64,000 nucleotides of DNA, taken from contig CABPZE010000005.1 in NCBI GenBank assembly GCA_902461815.1, positions 38,134 to 102,133 of the forward strand, given 5' to 3'. This stretch comes from an uncultured Anaerotruncus sp. GTDB taxonomy: Bacteria; Bacillota; Clostridia; Oscillospirales; CAG-272. Positions 17,037 to 24,678 of this stretch are shown here, one piece after another; position 1 is the stretch's first letter; the number at the start of each line of letters is the position of its first letter. The notes below the pieces were generated by a model. It made no database searches and was not told the origin of the DNA. It saw only the letters and a list, made by a program, of their open reading frames with translations. The translations under genes and the position numbers were made by a program.

Positions 17037-20024
17037 TTATTCCTTCGTGCCGGAGCTATTCGCCGTCGCCTTTGCAAACGCCGACTGTATGCTTCCCGCG
17101 ATCGCAAGCATCCGCTCGCGCCCGACTTTGTTTACGCGACGGTCGTATGTCAGGAGTCCGTTTGTCTCGTCCTCGACGTCAGAAAGCTGAGTGAGCACCG
17201 AGGCGCACAGCCCGCGGCGGATCATAGGCACTATCTCCCCCGTATACAGCTTCTCAAGGTCACGCATGAACGCTTCGGTATCGGCGCACCTGCGGTAGCC
17301 GTAGCTTTTTCCGGGATTGAAGGAATGCTCCTCTATCCGGCAGGAATACCCGCCGAATTCGGAAAGCACCATCGGCTTTCCCTGCACTGGGGTAATGTCC
17401 ACCGGTTTGAAATATACGTGCTCACTGCTGACGTCACTCGGGACTCCGCCGAACCAGCCTGACGCAGTGTCCCACACCCTTGACGGGTCGTGCGATCTGA
17501 GTCGCGCATAATATCCGGCGGCGTCGTGCTGTCCCCATCCCTCGTTGAATATTGTATAATAGACCACGCACGGGTGCGAATAAAGCAGATCTGCGGTCGC
17601 AAGTGAGGTATCGAGGAATATTTTACGTCTCTTGTCGGACGCGCGGTGGCTTATCCCCTTTTTTACCCCGACGGTCGGCAGTGCCGTGTCAATGATAAAG
17701 CTGTAATCGCCGCTGTTTACCATGTCCTGAAAGACCGCCATGCCGTATATATCGCAGTAGTAATAAAAGATGTCAGGCTCGATCTTAATATGCTTGCGGA
17801 GCATATTGAAGCCCAGCTCCTTCATTTTAAGTATATCGTCCCGCCATCCCGCCTCGCTTCCGGGGAGAAAGATACCGTCCGACCAGTACCCCTGATCCAA
17901 CAGTCCGTGGAAGAAATACGGTCTGCCGTTGAGAAGTATGTACTCTTTGCCTCCGGCGCTACCCACGCTTACCTCGCGCTGAGCAAAGTATGAGGAAATG
18001 CTGTCCTCGCCGCAGCGTATGGTAAAGCGGCGGATATTCGGTGTTTCGGGCGTCCACGGGAGCGTTTTTTCGGGTACAAAGGTAAAGCTGTCGCCGGAAT
18101 ATTTATATTCCCTGCCCTCGAATAGCAGCGTTTTTTCCGGCACTCCGCCCTTGGTCTCGATCTTTACCTCGGACAAATCAGCGCTAATTTTAATGCTTTC
18201 AATATATTTTTCCGGTACGCATTCAAGCCAGACGGTCTGCCATATCCCGCTTACGGGAGTATACCACATTCCGCCGCGCCGGTATCTTTGCTTGCCGTAA
18301 GGATGATCGTGGTCGAGCGGGTCACTGACTCTGACGCATATTTTGTTTTCCCCCTCGTGTATCAGGTCGGTCACATCAAGGGTAAATGGAAGATATCCGC
18401 CGCTGTGCTCTCCCGCGTTTTTGCCGTTAAGAGTAACGCTTGTAAAGCAGTCGACAGCGCCGAAATGCAGCAGGGTGCGCGTGCCGTCTCCGCAAAAATC
18501 AAAGCTGCGCTCGTATATCAGCGTCTCGCCCTTCACCGTCACTCTGCCGATACCGGAGGCATCCGACTCCGGCGGAAAAGGAACAAGTATCTCACCAAGC
18601 GGCTTTGTTTTTCCGTTCTTTTCGAGCGAAAGCTGCCACCTGCCGTTAAGGTTTGCAAAGCCTGCGCGTTCAAGCTGCGGGCGCGGATAATAATCGTGAG
18701 GAACGTCACCGGGTTCATACGGAGTTTCAAGATGCCTTGTGCGGCTGCCGCCAAAGCGAGAGATAAGCGGCACAAGGGGTATCAGAAGCAGCAGTGGGAG
18801 CAGAGCCGCCGCAAATATGTCCGCACTTGGAACAAAGGAGCTTGTGCCGTCGCTGCCGGTTATTGTTTCGGCTCCGGAAAGGACTGCGCGCCCGATAGCC
18901 GGACCTACAATGCCCGGTATCAGCACCTGCGAGAAGATACGCACGCCCTGAAGCCGCCCTGCCTTTCCGACGGGCATTCTTTCTCTCAGCTGCGCTCCGA
19001 ACACCGCCATGCCGCAAAGATAGCCGCTCATCATAAGCAACGACCCGGCAAACACCGGCAGTGTCGCACGGCAGAAATAAAGCACGATGTATCCTGCGGC
19101 AAGAACCGCCACCGATACCGACGCGGTAAGTGAAAATCCCTTTTTATCGTAAACCTTACCCCATAATGCGGTAATGACCGAGGCGATGATGATAGCAGGC
19201 GCCATGACCAGCACATAATCCGCCATACCGAGCGATACCTCATAGTATATTATGAGATAGGGCATGAAGATCTGAATTGAAATATTAAAGACCGCAAAAG
19301 CGGCGAGCGCCAGGTAAAGCCCCGGGCTTTCCCTTACCGCAGACGGAAGAAAACCGTATATTATACTGCTCCAGTAGCCCTCGGAGGACGGCTTTGCGCG
19401 GGGCTCGTCAATAATGAAAAGCCCTATTATGCCGACAAGCAGAACAATACCGCCTATTACGCAGAAAATGATATTCCAGCTTTCTGACTTGTCAAGGTCA
19501 AACGCCATAAACCCGCCGAATACAGCCAGGATCGCCACAAGCGGCATCATTGCGTTTATCCCTTCCGCCGCTCCGCGGTTTGAGCTGTCAACGGAATCGG
19601 TCAGCCATGCGTTGAAGGCTGCGTCGTTTGCACTTGAGCCGAAAAATGTCATCACGCAGTCCATGATTATTACCAGCGAAACTCCTACGGCAGCCGCGGA
19701 CGCCGCCGCCGGGAAGAGTGCGTTGATCACATCAAGACGTATCAGCGAAAAGGAGAAAATCGAGACGCCCCACAGTATGTAGCCGCCGCACATGAACAGC
19801 TTGCGCTTGCCGAGCCTGTCTGACAAAGCACCGATAAACACCGTGGTCAGCGTAGCAGCCACGGCGCTTGCGGCAACCATCAGAGAGATGTCCCCGGCGG
19901 ATGCGTTGAATATTTTATATATAAAAACGTTGAAATACATGTTTTCAACGACCCATGCCACCTGACCTGTAAGGCTGAACAGCACAAGTGAGCACCAGAA
20001 GCGACCGGACAGTTTGTTTTTCAT
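17037..20024 (-). CDS. Fusion protein: N-terminal MFS-type (glycoside/cation symporter-like) transporter + C-terminal glycoside hydrolase family 2-like enzyme
   Basis: 995-aa uninterrupted ORF. Residues 1 to about 430 are polytopic (MFS-like). From YPRPQLER..NLNGRW onward it is GH2-like: sugar-binding domain (LNGKNAGEHSGGYLPF), acid/base motif IFNEGWG, nucleophile region LSEFGGY. Confidence 0.8.
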   Translation of the reverse strand: MKNKLSGRFWCSLVLFSLTGQVAWVVENMYFNVFIYKIFNASAGDISLMVAASAVAATLTTVFIGALSDRLGKRKLFMCGGYILWGVSIFSFSLIRLDVINALFPAAASAAAVGVSLVIIMDCVMTFFGSSANDAAFNAWLTDSVDSSNRGAAEGINAMMPLVAILAVFGGFMAFDLDKSESWNIIFCVIGGIVLLVGIIGLFIIDEPRAKPSSEGYWSSIIYGFLPSAVRESPGLYLALAAFAVFNISIQIFMPYLIIYYEVSLGMADYVLVMAPAIIIASVITALWGKVYDKKGFSLTASVSVAVLAAGYIVLYFCRATLPVFAGSLLMMSGYLCGMAVFGAQLRERMPVGKAGRLQGVRIFSQVLIPGIVGPAIGRAVLSGAETITGSDGTSSFVPSADIFAAALLPLLLLIPLVPLISRFGGSRTRHLETPYEPGDVPHDYYPRPQLERAGFANLNGRWQLSLEKNGKTKPLGEILVPFPPESDASGIGRVTVKGETLIYERSFDFCGDGTRTLLHFGAVDCFTSVTLNGKNAGEHSGGYLPFTLDVTDLIHEGENKICVRVSDPLDHDHPYGKQRYRRGGMWYTPVSGIWQTVWLECVPEKYIESIKISADLSEVKIETKGGVPEKTLLFEGREYKYSGDSFTFVPEKTLPWTPETPNIRRFTIRCGEDSISSYFAQREVSVGSAGGKEYILLNGRPYFFHGLLDQGYWSDGIFLPGSEAGWRDDILKMKELGFNMLRKHIKIEPDIFYYYCDIYGMAVFQDMVNSGDYSFIIDTALPTVGVKKGISHRASDKRRKIFLDTSLATADLLYSHPCVVYYTIFNEGWGQHDAAGYYARLRSHDPSRVWDTASGWFGGVPSDVSSEHVYFKPVDITPVQGKPMVLSEFGGYSCRIEEHSFNPGKSYGYRRCADTEAFMRDLEKLYTGEIVPMIRRGLCASVLTQLSDVEDETNGLLTYDRRVNKVGRERMLAIAGSIQSAFAKATANSSGTKE

Positions 20025-20053
20025 TTTTGCAATTCCTTTCTTTCCTATTTTTT

Positions 20054-20082
20054 ATTATATCATATCGCGCGCGACAAATCAA
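20054..20082 (-). promoter_or_regulatory. Sigma-A-type promoter of the MFS::GH2 gene
   Basis: Minus strand: TTGATT, 17-nt spacer, TATAAT. About 30 nt upstream of the start codon. Confidence 0.55.
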
Positions 20083-20161
20083 GAATACATTCCCCCGTCA
20101 GACGCAAAAGTGCCGCGCCGCTCAGATTCCCGCTTTTCATAAAAACTTTACATAAAGACAA

Positions 20162-20190
20162 TTGACAATTACCATAGCATAGTCTATAAT
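20162..20190 (+). promoter_or_regulatory. Perfect-consensus sigma-A promoter
   Basis: TTGACA (20162-20167), exactly 17 nt, TATAAT (20185-20190). Confidence 0.7.
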
Positions 20191-20196
20191 GGTATC

Positions 20197-20371
20197 TGTC
20201 GCGGCAGAACGCCGCCGAAAGGAATGTAGCGTGAAAAATAAAGCATTTCTAAAATCTAAGTGCAGCTGTTTCACGCCTAAATTGCTCTCAAAATGGGGCC
20301 CAACCCATTTTGATTTGCTTTGCAAATACAAGCAATTTTAGTTAAAATTTATTTGAGCCGCCTGTGGCGGC
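20197..20371 (+). promoter_or_regulatory. About 175-nt structured 5' leader of unknown class upstream of the VanY-like gene
   Basis: Four hairpins: GCGGC/GCCGC (20201-20215); GCGTGAAA/TTTCACGC (20229-20276); AAAATGGG/CCCATTTT (20290-20311) followed by a T-rich tract; GCCGCC-TGT-GGCGGC (20357-20371) abutting the GGAG RBS. The 5' GCCGCCG could pair alternatively with the 3' GGCGGC. Confidence 0.35.
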
Positions 20372-20383
20372 ATGGAGATCAAT

Positions 20384-21202
20384 ATGAAAATGATTAAAAT
20401 CAAAAAAACAATCGCGGGAGTCCTGTCGCTCTGCCTGGTCAGTGCGGCGCTTGCCTCATGCAACAATATCACCGGTCCCGGCGATATTTCCTCACTGCCC
20501 GGTACTGACAGCCTTACACCGTCGGACAGCGGTGTGCTGCCGCCAGATATATCAACCTCCGACACCTCTGACATCTCTGACACCGATACTCCGGAGACCA
20601 CACTCCCCGATATCACGACAGATACGGAGCTTCCCCCCGAAACCACCGCTCCCGCTCCCGAACACGTAATAGAGCAAAAGGACGGCATATGGTATGTGGA
20701 CGGGGTACTTATTGCAAACAAATCCTATCCCCTGCCCGCCGACTACAACCCCGGTAAGATACTGATCGAAGCGGAAATTGCCTTCAAGGAAATGCAAAGC
20801 GCGGCGGCAAAGGACGGAATCACGCTGACTATCGTCTCAGGCTTCCGCTCATACACAAGACAGCAGACTCTTTACAACAACTATGTTGCCCGCGACGGCA
20901 AAGAAGCGGCAGACCGCTATTCGGCGCGACCTGGATATTCCGAGCATCAGAGCGGACTTGCAATGGATCTTAACTCTGTGGACGACAGCTTTGCTTACAC
21001 CAAGGAAGCAAAATGGATAGCCGAGAACTGCGCAAGATTCGGCTTCATCGTAAGATATCCGGAGGGAAAAGAGGCTATAACCGGATATATATATGAGCCG
21101 TGGCACGTCCGTTACCTCGGCGTTGACCTTGCCGAAAGCATTACCGCGTCGGGACTGACGTTTGAGGAATATTTCGGTATCACCTCTGTTTACGCCGACT
21201 GA
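20384..21202 (+). CDS. D-alanyl-D-alanine carboxypeptidase-like M15B (VanY-type) lipoprotein
   Basis: The track ORF starts at 20372; ATG 20384 has GGAG 6 nt upstream. Lipobox LASC, Ser/Thr/Pro/Asp linker. M15 motifs SGFRSYTRQQ, YSEHQSGLAMD, EPWHVRY. Confidence 0.85.
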   Translation: MKMIKIKKTIAGVLSLCLVSAALASCNNITGPGDISSLPGTDSLTPSDSGVLPPDISTSDTSDISDTDTPETTLPDITTDTELPPETTAPAPEHVIEQKDGIWYVDGVLIANKSYPLPADYNPGKILIEAEIAFKEMQSAAAKDGITLTIVSGFRSYTRQQTLYNNYVARDGKEAADRYSARPGYSEHQSGLAMDLNSVDDSFAYTKEAKWIAENCARFGFIVRYPEGKEAITGYIYEPWHVRYLGVDLAESITASGLTFEEYFGITSVYAD

Positions 21203-21234
21203 AAAAGCTATCTCTGAACCGAATAATTTATAAT

Positions 21235-21280
21235 GATCCGTGGCGGCTGCGCTGAGCATACCGCCACGGATCGGTTTATT
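21235..21280. terminator. Intrinsic terminator between convergent genes
   Basis: GATCCGTGGCGG..14-nt loop..CCGCCACGGATC, followed by GGTTTATTTATTTTTT. Confidence 0.75.
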
Positions 21281-22038
21281 TATTTTTTCTTTTTGTTGCC
21301 CGAACGGCGATCCTCGATATTTTTCATTACCTTTTCATAATAGCTTTTCAGATGCTCGCCGAGCGGAGGGACGCTGTAAACGGCAAAGAAATCCTTGAGC
21401 TTTGCCCGCCCGCGCACACGATCCTGACGCAGCTTTTCAGAGATATGCTCCTTAAGCTCCTCATATCTGACAACTATCTTTTTGTCGTCGGCAAAGCGGC
21501 GTATCACCGCAAGGAAGCGCGTGGAGTGTACCAGATCGATCGCGAAAACTCCGTAAAATACCCCGATAAAGAAGGAAAAAGCCAGATTCTGCGCCAGCCA
21601 TTCCAGTGCGCCGAGGATATGCGGATGTATAAGAAAATAATATGCCGCGCTGAGCAACGCCCAGAAAAATGTAAATAGCGGGCAGATGACACCGTCGACA
21701 TTTCCCCAGCAGTCGGAATAATCCCACAGCTTGATCTTGAGTCGCTTTATAAAGATAAGCCCTGTAACATACTCAATGGCTGTAACACACAGCGCCATCA
21801 CCGCAAACAGCACGAGCTTGCGCAGTACCGGAAAGGATATCGGAATAAATTCCTCAAGCATTGCAAGAAGATAGAGCGTGCAAAGGCTGAAGCCGTAAAG
21901 CGGCAGGTAAGGTCCGACAAGGAAGCCGGGGTTTATCCACTTTTTTGCCGAAAAGAAGCGACGGAACAGCACCTCAATGCACCAGCCGAGCAACGAACCG
22001 ATGCAGAACAGAAATGCCAGCTTCAAAAAGAAATTCAT
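21280..22038 (-). CDS. Polytopic membrane protein, 'putative ABC-transporter type IV' (PF06541-like) family
   Basis: 252 aa. N-terminal IGSLLGWCIEVLFRR..INPGFLVGPYLPLYGF resembles that family. Assignment from memory only. Confidence 0.6.
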   Translation of the reverse strand: MNFFLKLAFLFCIGSLLGWCIEVLFRRFFSAKKWINPGFLVGPYLPLYGFSLCTLYLLAMLEEFIPISFPVLRKLVLFAVMALCVTAIEYVTGLIFIKRLKIKLWDYSDCWGNVDGVICPLFTFFWALLSAAYYFLIHPHILGALEWLAQNLAFSFFIGVFYGVFAIDLVHSTRFLAVIRRFADDKKIVVRYEELKEHISEKLRQDRVRGRAKLKDFFAVYSVPPLGEHLKSYYEKVMKNIEDRRSGNKKKK

Positions 22039-22041
22039 CTG

Positions 22042-22359
22042 TCAGTTACCCGTCTCAATGTCTGTGTAATAAATTATCTCCTCCGGAAGCACAAGACCGA
22101 GCTTTTTGCGTGCGACCCTCAGAATGTATTCCTCATCCATAGGCGCATCAAGCTCATACTTCAGCTCCGCCACGCGCACCTCGGCGTCGGATATCTTTTC
22201 CTCAAGCTCAGCCTTATCGGCTGAGAGACGGTTATATTCAATAAGCAAACTCAAAGAACTGACAAGAATACATACCACCACGGCAAAAATTGCGATCTTC
22301 ACAAAAAAGCCCGCCTTGCCGAGTGTTATTTTACCGTAATAATTTCTGCCGTCGTTCAT
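22042..22359 (-). CDS. divIC: Septum formation initiator (DivIC/FtsB family)
   Basis: The track ORF (22042..22674) is over-extended. The conserved protein starts at MNDGRNYYG (ATG 22357-22359, AAGGAA RBS). One TM helix followed by a coiled coil. Follows yabQ as in Bacillus. Confidence 0.8.
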   Translation of the reverse strand: MNDGRNYYGKITLGKAGFFVKIAIFAVVVCILVSSLSLLIEYNRLSADKAELEEKISDAEVRVAELKYELDAPMDEEYILRVARKKLGLVLPEEIIYYTDIETGN

Positions 22360-22375
22360 TTTTGAAAATTCCTTT

Positions 22376-22990
22376 TTATTTCGTTCGGTCTCCGGATTCA
22401 AACACGCCGCCTGCACCAAAGCCTTCGGCGGCAAGCCGCATAAGTCTTTCGCGCTCACGCGCATCAAATTTACGTATTTTTCTTTCCCGCAGCAAGCGGG
22501 ACAGCGCCGTCGCCGCCGCCTTGACGCCGCGGAATATGAGCCGCATCGCAAAAACCGCCGGAAAACAGATATAAGCCACCGCCGCGCGGATAGCATAGAC
22601 AATGATATTCCCGCACGCCCGGAAGGGTCTGCCCAGTGTCTTGCGCCACAGCATAAAGCCCAGCGCCCCGGCAATTAGCCCGGAAAGCCGGAAGATACCG
22701 TCATCGGCAACAAAGAACACGCAAAGCATCGCCGCCGCCCAGGCGACCGGAAAGATAATATCAGCCAGAGCCAGCAATACACCCGCGGCTCGCCGCCGCA
22801 GCACGCCCTCGTTCAACACTCCGACAAGAGGCAGCGCCCTTTCGTAATAAGCCGGGCGCTCATATCCGCCGACTGCGGCAGTGCGGAATACCCGAAGCAG
22901 GTCAAATACGACTCCGGCGACCGCGCCGACAACAGCGGAAACAAGCAGCATCTCCGCCTGTGCGGCAGGGGAGATTTCCATGACCTCCAT
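22376..22990 (-). CDS. yabQ: Spore cortex biosynthesis protein YabQ
   Basis: Polytopic. Motif ADIIFPVAWAAAMLCVFFVADDGIFRLSGLIAGALGF matches the YabQ pattern (D..FW..N.GE.R.Y). Start moved to MEVMEIS (AGGGGA RBS) to avoid overlapping yabP. Synteny yabP-yabQ-divIC. Confidence 0.75.
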   Translation of the reverse strand: MEVMEISPAAQAEMLLVSAVVGAVAGVVFDLLRVFRTAAVGGYERPAYYERALPLVGVLNEGVLRRRAAGVLLALADIIFPVAWAAAMLCVFFVADDGIFRLSGLIAGALGFMLWRKTLGRPFRACGNIIVYAIRAAVAYICFPAVFAMRLIFRGVKAAATALSRLLRERKIRKFDARERERLMRLAAEGFGAGGVFESGDRTK

Positions 22991-23006
22991 TGGGATCCCC
23001 TGCGGC

Positions 23007-23357
23007 TCAGCGCCCGAAAAGCCCGCGCTTCTTGCGTCCCGAGCCAAGATGTGGGTCTTCAAGATAATAAATTCCGCTTATATCTCCGTCAAGCGAAAGA
23101 AAGCCGCGGTCAATATCAAGCGCACCGATGTGAAGTCCCGAACCCTCAACTGTCATCTCTCCGCAGGCGGTGCCGGCAACCACGCTGTTCTCGTCAAAGC
23201 TGATCACCTCGCTGACCCCGCATATCTGCATCGTCCTGCGCCCTCGCACCGAAAACTCATGCTCCGTCTGCTTCTTTCCCTTTTCAGGCTCTCCGGACTT
23301 TTCCCCGCTTCCCTGATATCCTGTTCCGTTATTCATAAGGATCCTCCCTTTATACAT
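23007..23357 (-). CDS. yabP: Sporulation protein YabP
   Basis: 116 aa. Core MQICGVSEVISFDENSVVAGTACGEMTVEGSGLHIGALDIDRGFLSLDGDISGIYY matches the YabP family. Conserved synteny. Confidence 0.85.
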   Translation of the reverse strand: MYKGRILMNNGTGYQGSGEKSGEPEKGKKQTEHEFSVRGRRTMQICGVSEVISFDENSVVAGTACGEMTVEGSGLHIGALDIDRGFLSLDGDISGIYYLEDPHLGSGRKKRGLFGR

Positions 23358-23414
23358 ATACTTGTCCCTGACACAGCATATGCGGGAGATATGCGATTTA
23401 TGACGCGGAGCGGG

Positions 23415-23660
23415 TCACTGACTGATTATCTCATACATATCCGAGGCGTCCGCTTTGCCGACGTGCTCGCGCACATTGAGCACGCGGAACACAAGCTGCC
23501 GCTGTCCGAAGGACACCGTCACCTCGTCGCCCTCTTTGACGTCGTATGATGCCTTTGCCACTTTTCCGTTAACGGATATATGCCCCGCGTCGCAGGCGTC
23601 GTTGGCAACCGTACGCCGCTTTATCACACGCGAGACCTTAAGAAATTTGTCAAGTCTCAT
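23415..23660 (-). CDS. yabO: S4-domain RNA-binding protein (YabO/RqcP-like)
   Basis: 81 aa. MRLDKFLKVSRVIKRRTVA S4 motif. Sits between mazG and yabP as in Bacillus. Confidence 0.85.
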   Translation of the reverse strand: MRLDKFLKVSRVIKRRTVANDACDAGHISVNGKVAKASYDVKEGDEVTVSFGQRQLVFRVLNVREHVGKADASDMYEIISQ

Positions 23661-23761
23661 TTTTTTACTGTTTACCTTACCGTAAGGTAAGTTTCATTAT
23701 ACATTTTTTCTGTGCGGATTGCAATATTGCAGCGCTCAAGCGATCACAATTTACAAAATGT

Positions 23762-24580
23762 TCACATTTTTTCGTGCTTGATGCGATCCCATATCGTGTC
23801 AAGCTCGGTCATTGAAAGCTCAGATGGATGCTTTCCCATTGCCTCAGCCTCCTGCTCCACACGCTCAAAGCGATCAATGAACTTGTCCGTTGCGCGGCTG
23901 AGCGCCCGCTCGCTGTCAACACCGAGCTTGCGGGCAAGGCTTGTAACGGTCAGAAGCAGGTCGCCAAGCTCCTCCTCAACGGCGGCAGGATCCTCCGATG
24001 CCGCCGCCTCGGAAACCTCGGCGGCTTCCTCCTTAAGCTTCTCAAGCACCGCATCGGCGCTGTCAAAATCAAAGAAATCCGCCTTTTTTCCAACCTTCTG
24101 CGCGCGCATAAGCGCCGGAAGCGCCAAAGGAATAGCGCGCAGCTTTGAGGTCACGGTATCTCGGTGCTTCTCGTGACTCTTTATGACCTCCCAATTTTTC
24201 AGCACCTCGTCGGAGGTGTCCGCTTTTACGCTGCCGAAGACGTGCGGGTGGCGATGCACCAGCTTTTCACAGATATCGTTTGCCACACCGGAAATATTAA
24301 ACTCCCCCGCCTCTGCGGCGATCTGAGAGTGAAACACCACCTGAAGCAGCACGTCTCCCAGCTCCTCGCGCATCAGCTTCGGGTCATTGGTATCTATCGC
24401 CTCAATTACCTCATATGTCTCCTCAATAAGACTTGCCCGGATGCTCTCGTGCGTCTGCTCGCGATCCCACGGACATCCGCCCTCACCGCGGAGTATCTCA
24501 AGTATCAGGCAAAGGTCGTCAAAGGTATAGCTGCCTCCTCCTTTGCCGACTATATATTCGATTTTTTCCTTCTGATTCAT
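23762..24580 (-). CDS. mazG: Nucleoside triphosphate pyrophosphohydrolase MazG (tandem MazG domains)
   Basis: 272 aa. CPWDREQTHESI..EETYEV..ELGDVLLQV, and a second EE..ELGDLLL repeat. Confidence 0.9.
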   Translation of the reverse strand: MNQKEKIEYIVGKGGGSYTFDDLCLILEILRGEGGCPWDREQTHESIRASLIEETYEVIEAIDTNDPKLMREELGDVLLQVVFHSQIAAEAGEFNISGVANDICEKLVHRHPHVFGSVKADTSDEVLKNWEVIKSHEKHRDTVTSKLRAIPLALPALMRAQKVGKKADFFDFDSADAVLEKLKEEAAEVSEAAASEDPAAVEEELGDLLLTVTSLARKLGVDSERALSRATDKFIDRFERVEQEAEAMGKHPSELSMTELDTIWDRIKHEKM

Positions 24581-24678
24581 TTTTATGATTCCTTTCTGTC
24601 AGTTTTGACATTCCACCCGGAATTGATGCCGAAAAGCCATACAAAACCGAAAATAATATAATTTCCGTCCCTCACGGT

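Noticed and set aside
20197-20371. Idea that the VanY-gene leader is a c-di-AMP (ydaO-type) riboswitch, since that class often precedes cell-wall hydrolase genes and cdaA is in this window.
   Set aside because: The hallmark ydaO elements as I remember them (ACGGGG/ACGGAG, CCGAAUCC, CCCGA..GCUAAC, pseudo-two-fold symmetry) are not present. Only a vague GGGGCCCA resemblance exists. Kept as an unassigned leader instead.
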